Shown here: positions 48,731-61,564 of the stretch, piece after piece
Numbering within the stretch: the stretch's first letter is position 1
Layout: each line of letters begins with the position of its first letter
Origin: Lophium mytilinum
Lineage: Eukaryota
NCBI GenBank assembly: GCA_010093605.1
Contig: MU004183.1
Span: forward strand, 992,001 to 1,056,000
Length of the DNA stretch: 64,000 nucleotides
Reading direction: 5' to 3'
Program-made: the position numbers and the translations under genes
The notes under the pieces: model-generated
The model's database searches: none
What the model was told of the DNA's origin: nothing
What the model saw: only the letters and a program-made list of their open reading frames with translations

Positions 48731-49053
48731 CAGACGAGGTGGATGGTCTGAGATTCCATCTCCCACCCGCTCATGCAGTGGATCTGGGTTCGCCGGTACG
48801 GCACATTGATGCCGCGTCCTGATTGACTCTGCCCGAAAAGAAATATCCTCTCCGCTTTGCGGGCGCCCCCGTCCCTCGCTGATCCCGATAAGCTGCGAGC
48901 TGAGAGCTATAAGGTTGACCCATTCCGACACCACAGCTTCCATCTCCAACCACCAGCATCGCAGCACTTACCGACACTCCTAAGACTACTCTTCAAAGCT
49001 CAAGCTCAAGCTACCTAACCGTGAAACCCTCATAAACACCTCCCACAAGTACC

Positions 49054-50056
49054 ATGTCTCAGCTCAGCTACGCCCGCTATGGCAAGGACAACATCCGCCT
49101 GTTCAAGGTCGAGAAGGACGAGAAGGCTGGAACCCAGACTGTAGTTGAGTCCACTGTCTGCATCCTGCTCGAGGGTGACATCGAGACCTCGTAAGCTTCC
49201 TTCAAACTCCAGGAGGCTCCACAGCTAACCTCCAACAGCTACACCGAAGCAGACAACTCCGTCATCGTGGCCACCGATACCCAGAAGCAGACCTGCTACA
49301 TCCTCGCCAAGCAGAACCCAATCACCCCGCCAGAGCTCTTCGCGTCAGTCGTCGGAGACCACTTCATCAAGACCTACCCCCACATCCATGCCGCCCATGT
49401 CAAGGTCATCCAACACAAGTGGACGCGTATGACTATTGATGGAAAGCCTCACCCACACTCGTTCCTCCGCGATGGCGAGGACATCCGCGTTGTCGAGTCG
49501 GTCACAAGGGAAAACGTGGGCATCTCTATCCGCTCCAAGATCGAGAAGCTCCTTGTCCTCAAGAGCACGGGCTCTGCCTTCTACGGATTCCACCGTGATG
49601 AGTACACTCAGCTCAAGGAGACCTGGGATCGTATCCTGAGCACAGAGGTTGAGGCTGGCTGGGCGTGGAAGACCTTCTCTGGGCTGGAGGAGGTCAAGTC
49701 TGTCGCATCCAAATTCGACCTGGCATTCAACGCAGTCAAGGAGATCACCCTCAAGACCTTCGCTCTCGACAACAGCGCCAGCGTGCAAGCCACGATGTAC
49801 AAGATGTGCGATCAGATCCTCGCAGCAGTGCCATTGGTGGAAGCTGTCGACTACGCCCTACCCAACAAGCACTACTTCGAAATCGGTAAGCATCACCAGT
49901 TTCATCATATGATCAATGCTAATTATATTAGATCTCTCCTGGCACAAGGGCCTCAAGAACACGGGCAAGGACGCTACCGTGTTTGCTCCGCAATCCAACC
50001 CCAACGGCCTCATCCAGTGCACCGTCACCAGGAAGGGCCCCAAGTCCAAGCTATAA
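49054..50056 (+). CDS. uaZ: Uricase (urate oxidase), peroxisomal
   Basis: YGKDNI, VATDTQK, VLKSTGSAFYGF, SASVQAT, PNKHYFEI|DLSWH; C-terminal SKL; introns 49191-49238 and 49886-49931. Confidence 0.97.
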
Positions 50057-50483
50057 ATCAGCTTTTTTGAAAATTCTGCAGGCGTCTATCGGGATCTACG
50101 GACCTTTAGATTGATGACTATCTAGCGAGCATTTGTTTGATTATGTTGTCTCTTTTTATTGTAAATAAATCTTTCACGGTTATGTAACAAATACATATGG
50201 ATCCTACAAAATTCCGTTTGGGCGCAATAATGTCTACCACTGGTTGAAGTGCTTCGATACAGTCTTGAGTTCGTAAACAACGTAGATCTACCACTTTGAA
50301 CCACCTCAGATGGCATAGTCAACGCTTGTTAAAGAGCGTGACCCTACAATCTCGCAGAGGTCAACTTGAAAAGGCCCTGTCATGTAAACGCAAGCTTTAC
50401 AATTTGAAATGTTGATTGTGAAACGAGCTGTCATATACACATCCCATATCCTACACTCTAATCCACGCTCCGCTACACACCAC

Positions 50484-51137
50484 CTATGCCTCCACACTCT
50501 CCACCTTCCCCAATGCCGCCTTCACCTCCGGCATCTCCCCAATCCTCGTCCGACTAACCCTCACAATATTCTCCTTATACGGATGCGCCGCGCCCTCAAA
50601 AGCTATCCCCAAATTAGCCACCCACCCCTCTCAAACCCCCCATCAAAAAAGAACAAACTCACCCTTCAACCTCGCCAACCGCCCCTTCCGCAACCGATTC
50701 TTCGGCAACATCCCACTAACCGCCTTCCTTAGCACCTCCGCACCCCCCCACTTCGCAAACATCTTGTCCATCGTGATCTCCTTCAAGCTGCCCGGCCGCG
50801 TCGTGTGCGTGTAGTACTTCTTCTGGAACCGCTTCTTTCCTGTGGTGTGCAGGTCGTGGCACCCGGTCGCGACGACGTAGTCGCCGCAGTCGGTCGAGGG
50901 GTCGTAGATGGGCTTGTGCTTGCCCATTAGCACGATGGCGATTTGCGAGGCGATGCGGCCGAGGGCGCGCGGGTCGGCGCCCACGTCGATGAGGTGCCAA
51001 GCGCGGGCGTAGGCGAGTTTGGTCTGTGGGAAGGGGGGTTAGTTGTTTGAAAGGAGACGGGTTGGTGGAGTTGGGGGAGAGGCTGTGGGCATTGGGGGAG
51101 GGTGGAGTGGACGTACACTCCCGATGGTCTGCGACAT
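50484..51137 (-). CDS. MRPL23: Mitochondrial ribosomal protein uL13m
   Basis: [43 protein letters not shown]; introns 51024-51116 and 50603-50662. Confidence 0.93.
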
Positions 51138-51505
51138 GGTGGGCGAGCCCCTGGGGGCAGAGAAGCGGAGGTGGGTCAGGCGGGGGAGCTCAATGCATCA
51201 ATTGGTCCTTCAATTGATAGGTACGCGCGGTGCGGGAATGTGAGGATGAGCGGTGATAGTAACGAAGGTGTTGAAGATGTTCACGGTTGCGGTTGCTGGA
51301 TCGTGAATTTGATGCCAAGACGGACAGGGATTCGGCCACAGCGCCGACCACCGGGACCGATCATGCAACTGATTTCAAAGCGGATGTCGCCGAGGTCGTT
51401 CAACGACGTTCAAGTACGAGTTATGCGGCTCTGATGCACGGCGAAAGCATCTGCGACTTTCGGCAACCGTTTTGGAAGCTCAGCAGAATTATTAAATCTG
51501 TGAAA

Positions 51506-52551
51506 ATGATTCCGTCGTTTGAGGTGAGGCGTTCTCTTCACTGAGTGTAGCGTTCCGGTCATCTGCTTTGATATTTCTACTTATTAAAGTCCATGTTGGA
51601 ATATAAGCATTCTACTTCTTTCAGCTATCTCAAAGGGTTTCTTGGATGTCATTCTGACAGGCAATAGACTACATTCGCAGTTCCTCTGCACTGTGAGGAT
51701 TGCATCAAGGATGTATCAGGGTCACTCTATAAATTGAAAGGTCCGAAGCTCGAATGTAGAGATCCTCAATCTAGTACTAACACCCTGTCAGGCATCAAGA
51801 ACGTCACTGCCAACTTGAAAGATCAGTTGATCTCAGTAGAAGGCAACGAAGCTCCGTCCGCCATCGTTGAAGCAATCCAGTCCACAGGGAGAGATGCGAT
51901 CATCCGTGGGAGTGGGAAGTCTGAAAGTGAGTCATGCCTTGGTGACATCGGGAGGGCCAAGACCACGCTTCAACGCCGCCTTTTTGAGCCTATCACTCCT
52001 TCCTTTCTTCAAATATCAAGAGAGCATGGTCTAACGCAACAACAGGCGCCGCTGTGTGCATATTAGAGTCTCATGCAGCCCACGTGGCCAACAAGGTCCG
52101 CGGATTAGCTCGCATGGTCCAAGTAGGCGACAAGATCACCATCGTCGACCTCAGTGTGCGAGGAGTGTCTCCGGGCACCTATCATGCCACCGTCCGAGCA
52201 ACAGGAGACATCTCGGAGGGACCGGAGTCAACAGGACCGATCTGGGACGCAGTCAAGGCCGGCAAGGAGGGCACCCCGGCCAAAGGCGTCTTTGGAACAG
52301 TAGAGGTAGGGAAGGGGGGCGTCGGCACCGTATTCTTGGACAAGCCCATCCAGATCTGGGAGATGATTGGCCGCAGCATGGTGGTAGCAAGACAGCAGGA
52401 TGGGAAGTTTGACAAGAACGACGCCGACACGTTGGTGGGCGTAATTGCACGGAGCGCGGGGGTGTGGGACAACGACAAAACGGTCTGTTCGTGTTCGGGC
52501 AAGACGGTTTGGGAGGAGCGGAAGGACATGGTGGACAAGGGGATGCTATGA
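51506..52551 (+). CDS. CCS1: Copper chaperone for Cu/Zn superoxide dismutase
   Basis: HMA domain FAVPLHCEDC, SOD-like domain, GVIARSAGVWDNDKTVCSCSG; introns 51524-51667, 51741-51791 and 51927-52045. Confidence 0.94.
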
Positions 52552-53834
52552 GGGGATGCTGAGCGGGGTGGGGGATGTCAACTCGGGGTGCGGAGTAAGG
52601 TTGGAGATGCTCTGAGAAGTGATAGATGGAATGTGGCGTCTACTGCAGATGCAGACATGGGACAAGACCCACTGTGAGAAGCAAGATGGATAGAAGGTTT
52701 AACTACAATAGCAGCTGGCAGAGATGGTGTAAGAGAAATCTGTCCAGATCTTGTTTTCGCCGCATGTTCTAACGAACAAGATCAATCTCTCTCCTCTCCG
52801 AAACGGCAGTGCTCCGCGGTGCAGCATGAAGAGGCTGCCTCAGAGCTGATGGCAGTGCCTCCGCGCCGCCCCGACATCATGCGCATGGCCTCTTACAGCG
52901 ACTGTGGCCAGACAGCGTGCCCGGCGTGGTCTCGCAGTGGGCCAGTCGTCACGTGTGTCTCAGTGTTGAGATGGCGCTGTAACAGACCTCAAACTCGAGC
53001 TGTCACCACGATTAGGGGGGCCGGCGAGGAGGCTGGCGGAGTGCGAGCGCAGAGTATCTCCCGTGAGCATCGCGAGCAGCTGTTCTTGCCATGGCGAGGA
53101 GCGAGGCGGGCAAGTGCTGTGCCTCTCGATAGTGTACTGTGCCCGGATGTGGACGTGTTCGTTGATGTTGGGTTGGTCACGACTATAAGCGCCGTGAATT
53201 GCTTCGGCCCCAGCATGCGGCGCTCTGGTTTCCAATCATGGCACGACCCAAGTTCGCGCTGCTGCAGCCCCTGGCTCGACCTGCGACCCTTGGCGGCACG
53301 TCGTCCAATATACTGTAGGGCCCCTCCAGCGGCATCGATCGCGCAGGCATCTTTCTCTCGGTCACGCTGTCCAGCGCTTCACTCTCCACTCCCCTTCGTA
53401 CCACGTTCTTTACGCTTCTGCCGCACTGCACCGCAGAAGCTGTCTCTCCTTAAGTTATCCGTTCTCCATTTGCATCCGTGTCAAGTCAAATCAACTGTCG
53501 CTCCTTCCAACTCTTTTCCTACCGTCCGCCTCTCAGCCTCCCGCGTAATCGGCTATCTAATCGAGCAACTCCACCGTCGCACCCCGCAGCGACTAAAAAA
53601 GCCCAGGCGGCTACAGTAATTGGCAGCAAATCAGACGAATCCAACATTCCACCGGCTCACAGCACGCGTGAATTGGCACTCCCGCATACCGGCGCGAGAA
53701 TACGATATTACCCACTGCTCGCCGCACTCTCGTGCACCCATCTCTTTCTCTGTTTTAGCAGACGCTGTTGGCGACCGCCTCGTGCACTTCCATCCGGGCC
53801 GTCAGCAGTCTCACGCGCATAGTCTCAGCTCACC

Positions 53835-55655
53835 ATGTCATTGAAACAGGTAGGTTGCTCCTTGGGGTGGAGCGTCGTGGCCGTGTGCTCATCTGGATCT
53901 AGGAAATCGAGACTTGGGTCTCTGCCCTCGGCCACTACGACAACAACGAATTCGAAGAGGCCCTGAAGAATTTCGATGGCATCTCAGATACCTCGAAGAT
54001 TCTATTCAACTGCGGTGTCATCCATGCAACCCTCGGCGAGCATGAAAAGGCTGTGCGTTTAGCTACACTCGAATTGCAAGAGCCACGGCTAATGTAGAAT
54101 AGGTGGACTGCTACCAGCGCGCTGTGCGGCTGGACCAGTACCTCGCCGTAGCGTACTTCCAACAGGGCGTGTCCAATTTCCTCATGGGCGACTTTGAGGA
54201 GGCTCTCGCAAACTTCAACGACACTCTCCTCTACCTCCGCGGCAACAACAACATCGACTACGAGCAATTGGGCCTAAAGTTCAAGCTCTACTCTTGCGAG
54301 GTCCTCTTCAACCGTGGTCTGTGTTACATCTACCTTCAGCAGAAGGAGGCTGGTATGCAGGATCTTTCGTTTGCGGCGAAGGAGAAAGTCGTCCCGGATC
54401 ACGACGTGATTGACGAAGCTATCCGGGAGCAGGCAGAGGTATGATGCTCCCCCTTTTCTCCCTGTATATTTCTAATATTCTCAGGGTTACACCGTCTTCT
54501 CCATTCCCGTGGGCATTGTCTATCGACCAAACGAAGCCAAAGTCAAGAATCTCAAAACCAAAGATTACCTAGGCAAAGCACGGCTTGTGGCAGCTTCGGA
54601 CAGAAACAACGCATTCACAGGATTCGCCGGTTCCGAAATCAAGAGGATGAATGCGGGCGAGACGACATCATCTGCCAAAGACGACAGGCCCGAAGACAAG
54701 CTGTCATATGCCGCAACCAACCTAGTCAAGCCTAATCTTTCAAGCCGATCCAGACAACAATCCGAGCCACCCATCAACCGCAACATGTTTCCTCCTACTC
54801 CACCTCCAGAATCAGAAACCAGGGGCAAGCGAGACTCTGGCGGTAGCAACTCCACTGGCCAAATGACACGAGCTCAATCTGTCCGTGGCGCTGGTCCTAA
54901 GCCAATGCCCCTGGATCTCGGCCGTGCTGCCTTTGACCAAAGCGAGAAACCCCGGCTCGGCACACAACGTTCGGCCTCGGAACGTCCCAGGCCTTCCAGA
55001 CAGGAATCACTCTCCGGTCGCAGCAACGGTTCTGTTCGACGTGAGCGTGACATGCCTCGACGCCGTGTTCTATCCGACGAAGAAACAGAAGGCGACGACT
55101 ACCCCGACGAACTCTACGATATGTACCAGCAACCTCGGTCCACCCGGCCGTCAGTGCAACGGTCGCGCTCGATGAAACCCCAGCGACCAATGTACATTGA
55201 GGAGGAAGAGGAGGAAGACGACTACGAACAGAGCTCCGTTGACGAAGCCGAGTTCGAGATGGTGTCACGCTCCAAGACTCGACGACGGTCTCCGGCTCGC
55301 AGGGCCACCTCTAGACGTCCTGACGTCCGTACCATACGGGTCAAGGTCCATGCCGAGGATACCCGCTACGTCTTCCTCGACCCCAACAAGAGCTTCCGCG
55401 AGTTCTCAACCCAGATCCGCGAGAAGTTTGGCTTACGGCAGAACTTCAAGATTAAGATGAAGGACGACGAAGACATGATTACGATGGCAGACCAGGACGA
55501 TCTAGAGATGGCAATACAGACATCTAAGATGAACGCACGTAGAGAAAAGGCGGAAATGGGCAAGATGGAGGTAAGCACACACGTTGCTCTTTCTGCAACC
55601 TCTCCGATGCAAAGCTAACGCAACTTTTCTTTAGGTCTGGATTCAAGAAGTATAG
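53835..55655 (+). CDS. noxR: NADPH oxidase regulator NoxR (p67phox-like; TPR and PB1 domains)
   Basis: MSLKQ|EIETW, YLAVAYFQQGVSNFL, IDYEQLGLKFKL, PB1 IRVKVH...DMITMADQDD; introns 53850-53902, 54053-54102, 54439-54484 and 55571-55634. Confidence 0.95.
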
Positions 55656-56882
55656 ATTAGAAATACCCCGGCATTTTATAGCCCATCTCCTCTCCCGAGA
55701 GATGCCTTTCCGTTTCAACAAAGCAGATATAAGGCGGTTCATTTGAAGGTTGATTTGGGGGTTTCTCCTGGTTATGTGTAATGTCGATAAGCCCTCAGCG
55801 AAGCATCTTGTTTAGTATATCCGCACGGCGTTTGTTTTTTACACATTGAGCTTTTTGAGCGTCACATCATTAGGGGCAGGTGCCTCCATGGGTACAGGGA
55901 CTGTAATTATGGCGAACGAGTAGAATGTATATCGATATATGACTTCTTACTTTGCGAACTGTTGGCTTTCACGTAACTAATCTGATCAGCTCTGTTCCGA
56001 TAGTAGGTCAGTACTGTCAAGCTTCTGGCCATATCGCACCCCTCCCCCCCATCGACGATCTGTCTGACCGGTTGGTGGTTAGGTTTCAGCTCTTTCGAAG
56101 CTGGCGTGACGTGGCTGGCTTGTTTCGAATGCGATGAGGGGGCAGGGAACGGTAGGGCTAGCTCGTGTCTCGCATGGCGAGGACGGTATGTGTTGGCGGA
56201 CTCTTGCATATTACGGAGGGGAAAGTCTAGGCTAGCTAGAAGGATTATGGGAAGCTTTGCTTTTGGCGTACGTGGAAAGTGAATTGTTCAAACCCAGTGA
56301 TGCTGTTCGCATCACTCATGTAATTTTGAGATATACATGAAGAATGCTACTGTTGAGAGGAGAAAACTCGATCGACGCTGTTATCTCATGTCTGATTAGT
56401 TCGAAATTCGATGATGCTTCCTATCTCGCTATTGCATCAAGTGAGTTGTCATCGAGGCACAAGTCACTGCGTTTCGAAGTGATCGCGAGCACAGCACCTG
56501 AATGATTTTGAGATCCTCGGTATTAACGTGAAGCAAGCTACTATAGCTCTCCCATGCTGTTGGCTGTTTCATTCCACAACAAGCGACCAGAAATCTTGGA
56601 GAGTGGTGTGACGGAGATTGGTTATTCGAGAAGCAAAGCGTGAATACAATACGCCTATCCCATGCCCCCTACCCCGCGGTCCTCTTGAGTATTGTACAGT
56701 GTTTTATAAGATGTGTGGTTTTGTGTTTCTGGAATGCTCGGCGAGTCTGGAACTGTAATCCACCAAGATGCCTGTCTCCTCCCCCAATGGTGAAAAGCTC
56801 GGCCGGCATCACCAACACTTCTGCCTCCTTCGGTCGTCGATATCCATTATCCCGTCATAGGTCATTCGATGGTAGGTCTCGT

Positions 56883-57139
56883 TTAGGCTGGCACTATGAA
56901 TTCGCTCAAGCTGCTGTGGAGGAATGCGACGCCGGCCTGTGGAGAGTTAGTATGAGGTTTTGAATAATTCTTCCCGCGCGCAACAGCTCCGGGCGATGAG
57001 TGAGGCTACGTACAACGAACAGGCCAGCAGCTGTTATCACAGTCCGGTTCTCCGACGATGTGACGGTGCGGTAGGCGGATTGCGCGAAGTTAGGCTGCGC
57101 GACCTGGACGTTGGCGCCACGGACTTGCTTTGGAGGCAT
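56883..57139 (-). CDS. TOM6: Mitochondrial TOM complex subunit Tom6 (59 aa)
   Basis: MPPKQVRG...TSSENRTVITAAGLFV|AGVAFLHSSLSEFIVPA*; intron 56937-57013; matches the filamentous-fungal Tom6 pattern (EN.T/SV....F...VAFL.S). Confidence 0.82.
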
Positions 57140-57417
57140 TGCGGAGGTGGTGTGAGGGTTGAAGGAGCCTGATTTGTCGAAATCGTCCGCTTGGAGTATT
57201 CCTTTTGAGGTTGAGGGTAGTTGCGGGATTGAGAGTGTATTAGTCGAAAGATGGGATGCGCTTGCGGTGATGATGCTGGGGCGAAAGATTTCAAAGAGTG
57301 AATGCTCGAGGCCGTGCTCTCTGCCAAGACATCTAAACTACACCTCCATGGGAATCCACCTCACTGCCTTGCCACAACCCACCACACCTCACGAACCCAA
57401 ATATATACCGCGCCAAC

Positions 57418-58441
57418 ATGGGAAACGACGGCGGCAGTATCCCCACGCGCCGCGAGCTTGTACGAGAAGCCGCCAAGGCGCTCACAACAACCCAAGTCAA
57501 GGAAGTGCAGACCGAGCAGCAGGAATACGCCTGGAGCACGGATCCGATATCACGCAAACCGCTCTCACGGCCGGTGGTGTCAGACTCGGTGGGGAAACTG
57601 TACAACAAAGACTCGATTCTCGAATACCTCCTGCCGTCGGACGACAGCGCAGCCAAAGCGGAGGCGGAGAAGGTGCTGGATGGCCGGGTTAAGAGCTTGA
57701 AAGATGTGGTCGAGGTGAAATTTGAGGTCGCGGAGGGGAAGATGGAGCGGACGAATGGGGATTTGGGCCGGACGGAGAGGTGGTTGTGCCCGATTACGAA
57801 TAGGGAGTTGGGGCCGGGTGCGAAGGCTGTGTATTTGGTGCCGTGCGGGCATGCGTTTGCGGGGAGTGTGGTCAAGGAGATCTCGGGGGAGACGTGTTTG
57901 CAGGTGAGTGTTTGTGGCACATCTGTTCATGGGCAGGTTTGCTAATTTGATCCCGCAGTGCAACGAGCCCTATGCTGAGAACGACATTATCCCTATCCTG
58001 TCAATTGCCCCGACTGATATCGCGAGATTGTCACTTAGGATGGAAACGCTGCGGGAGAAGGGCCTGGCCCACTCGTTGAAGAAGGGTGCTAAGGACAAGA
58101 AGAAAAAGAAGCATGCTGATAAGGCCGCCTCGGGAGTTAAAGTGCAGGAAGACTTGAGCAACGAGGAGGCCAAAAAGACCGCTAAGCCAGCAAAGCGACC
58201 ATCGCCTGCCTTGGACCTCCCCCCTCCGACAAAATCCAATCACGCTTCCAATGGTATTCGCAATTCGGCTACTGCATCTCTGACCGCGAAGGTCCTCGAA
58301 GAGCAAGAAGCGCGGAATAAGAAGCGGAAGCTGGACAAGACTCTATTCTCTAGCAACGACCAAACCCCGTCCATGAAGAAGAGTGGCGATTTCATGAACA
58401 GAGGGTTTACTATTCCGGCGGGTGCTAAGAGATGGAATTGA
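57418..58441 (+). CDS. RTF2: Replication termination factor 2 (RING-like)
   Basis: MGNDGGSIPTRRELV, GKLYNKDSILEYL, CPIT...PCGH...CLQ|C; intron 57904-57958. Confidence 0.93.
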
Positions 58442-59715
58442 GCTGTTGTAAGGGGCATCTGGAGTTGCCTGGATCAGGTCATGGGCATTTTCGCTGGGCC
58501 CGAGGCTACCTGGGGGAGTTTCTGCGTTCTTGGAGTAGGTGACTAGTTTGAAGGAATGATACCAGGGGCGCAAAGTACGGCTCTACTGAATTTCATATAG
58601 GAACATGACGATGTAAGTAGCCAATAGCATCTTCCACAAGCACACCAAAGAGCCCCAAATCTGACATGAGAAGCAGTTTAGCGAACAATGAGGATAGTCA
58701 GTAAGTCCTGATCAATCGAGGTTGTAGCTTGTCGCGTGTACGCAGAGGTCCTGCTATAATCTGAACCGCGCATTCTCGCTCCCTTGTGCCATTTGCTCTG
58801 TCGAATGACGTGATGTACCCATATTATGAGACTGGTAGGTAAGGGCTAGATAGGTTATACTTTTAGCACATGGAAACTCTCTGGTCCATAAGGAGAGCGA
58901 ATGAGCGACAGTATGCCCTAAAGCCCTTTATCTCTTATACTACTCAAACGCACCGTGCTCTTTCTTATCAGTCACAATGAGCGAGCGAAATCAAGCCGAT
59001 GTTCGTCAAGAGACTGAGAACATTTAAGAGAAGCGGATTAAGGCTCACAGTCAAACAAGAACAATATTGCAGCAGGTTAAGCATGCCCAAATATGACTGC
59101 GTGGTCGCGATGAACACAACGATGGTCTCGGGTACAAGCACGACTAGCGAAAAAATGAGGGCTTCAACCTGATCTAAGGCAGGAAATGCTAGGCGGAGAA
59201 CATTACATCGATGGGTTGGTGAGTAGACTTTTAAGTTTACTAGCAGTCTGGATTATCGTACTTCTCTCTTATTCAGAACGCTGAAATTACGATAAAACTC
59301 CTCAAGGAGTGATAAACAATTGTACGGATTTCTATGACGAGGGATTGTAAGTGGAGGTAAACTCAATACACTGTAGGTTTTCTGTTGTCGTCCCCGTGAT
59401 AGGGTTCAAGAAAGTGAGTCTGTGTTTGCCTCATCTAGCCTGCTGCCCTACTACACCTCCGCCCCCAGTGTGCATGAAAGCAGTCCCCTCGGAGACATAT
59501 GTAAGGTACATTGGACGCAAGCACTCATACTCCTCAAGCGTTTTGAACGTGAGAGGCCGCCAGAGGAGTTGGAGAGGTTGCCCACGTGTCGCGTTTAACG
59601 CGTCTCCTCGTCTCCTCATCTCGACAACACAGGGACTCAACTCTCTCTTTCAACACCAGCACAGTGAGTTACGCATCCGTTCAAGTCAGTCCACCCCTTC
59701 TCACTTCAGCTCTAG

Positions 59716-61023
59716 ATGCCTTCCTACATCAACCCGAAGAATTACAGCCGGAGTCGTCGCCGACGACATCGCAATAAGCACAGCGGTGACGAAGAAGAGG
59801 CGCGCTACTTTTCCGACGACAGTGCCAACGCAAAGCATCCTAATCGCAGTCACCGCCGCCGTCGACCCCAGTTGAATTACGATAGCGATGCCGATGAAGA
59901 TGCTTATGAGGTTCTTGTCGCACTCGATGATGAACCGAGCCCGCGCGAGCAATGTAAGTGAGGTGTTAGATCGCAAGACACGTGCTGATTCTGGACAGTG
60001 GTTTCACGACGGGAAGAGCCACGGCAGCTAGAAGCATCGCTCCGCTTCACAGCGGAGGACGACACGACGGTCGATGAGAAGACGGAGGAGGAGTCAACGA
60101 ACAGTGAAGCTAAGCCAGCAACGAGCTCGTTGCCATTAGATGTCTTATCACCACCAATACCAATACGCCCCACGATCCAAGCGATGTTTGACAATCTGTA
60201 CAATGAACTTCTGTCAAGTCGACCGAATCACAACACTCAAGCAGATACCCAACCATCATCACCCGTTGTCCGAGACGCGTACACAGCCCCAGCGGATCAG
60301 GATGAAGATACCACCGAGGAGGAATGCTACTTCCAGTTGGACCAACTGGAGTTTCACATATCTCAGATTTCGCCAATTGCCGCAATGCTCCAAGGCGCTC
60401 ACATTAGTCCTCAGAGTTCCAGCACCCGTCCTAATAAAATTGGATACATCGCGCACGAAAACCACGACGCCCAAGTGCAGCAACCAGCATCACAAACTGT
60501 CCGGGCGTCACCTTTCGCCGGAATGTTTGCAGGCGCATACGTTGGCCCGGTGAACTACAACGCCGCAAAGACTCAAGATTCACAGCAGCACCAGCAGATC
60601 AGAAATCATACCCCCCAGCAAGCCAATCCTCTTCCCACGAGACACACGCCCATCGAAGGTCCTCTCTACGTCGAAGAGAATATCGTCCCACTAGTTGAAC
60701 GACCTCGACCACGCTCTGTATGGCGTGGCTACAATAGCGGCTACCAAAATTGCGGAAACATTGATGTGAACCACTACCGACGAAAGAAGACTCGATGGTT
60801 CAACATGGAGCTCTGCTACGACCACTTTCTAGTGCTTGAAGGTTGTTGGTATACGGATGAAGAGTGCAAGTGGAGGCACACACTCATCACCTGCGGTGAG
60901 CAACTGAACATGAAAGACAAATTTGTTCGGAAAGTATGGGACACCCAGAAACAGCGGAAGGCGGAAGTGGATGGGAACGCACGTCCGAGACTAGAGTTGG
61001 AGAAGTTGGATCAGTACAAGTGA
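59716..61023 (+). CDS. Hypothetical protein with a C-terminal CCCH-like zinc finger
   Basis: Intron 59954-59998 joins two ORFs in frame; CYDHFLVLEGCWYTDEECKWRH (C-x9-C-x6-C-x3-H). Confidence 0.7.
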
Positions 61024-61564
61024 CCGCTGGGCAGTGCGAACGAACGAGCTGTAAGTTTAATGTACAGATGAAAGGCGTAGTGCTGTCGCGGCTAGGCGAG
61101 CGAATGGTGTCCATAGGGGACTCGGATGACAGTATGCTTCCGACTAAAGAAAACGTGTACGACTTTGGAGATGCCCCTGGTATGTTGTGCTCAAGGTCTC
61201 AGTTCCGTAGATAGCATCAGAGTAGGAGGAAGTCTCAGACCCGACCTTGTCCGCGTGCTTCAGTCTAGAAGGCTGGTGAGGTGTTTCGAATAGCTATGAA
61301 AAAGATCCAGACGAGGCTCACAGCAAAAATTTTGATTGCCACATTAGTGGTGTTACACACCACATAACGTAGCATCTACCCATCGAATTATGTATCACTC
61401 CATGATTCAGTGTGTACACGTTGCATGTTGTGCTGAGGGAATGGGATTTTGGATCATGAACACCCAAATGGTCTAATTATTCTTGCTCGCTATGCTTGAT
61501 AATACATATGCAGGCGGCTGGCAAAGACCCGAACTTTCCGCACTTTCCCCCAAGAGCCCACGAA

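Noticed and set aside
52819..53619. 266-aa ORF upstream of noxR
   Set aside because: GTG start, Arg/Ser/Pro-rich promoter and UTR sequence, no motif
56405..56505. Possible C/D box snoRNA (ATGATGC...CTGA)
   Set aside because: Imperfect C box, no clear terminal stem, no recognisable rRNA guide
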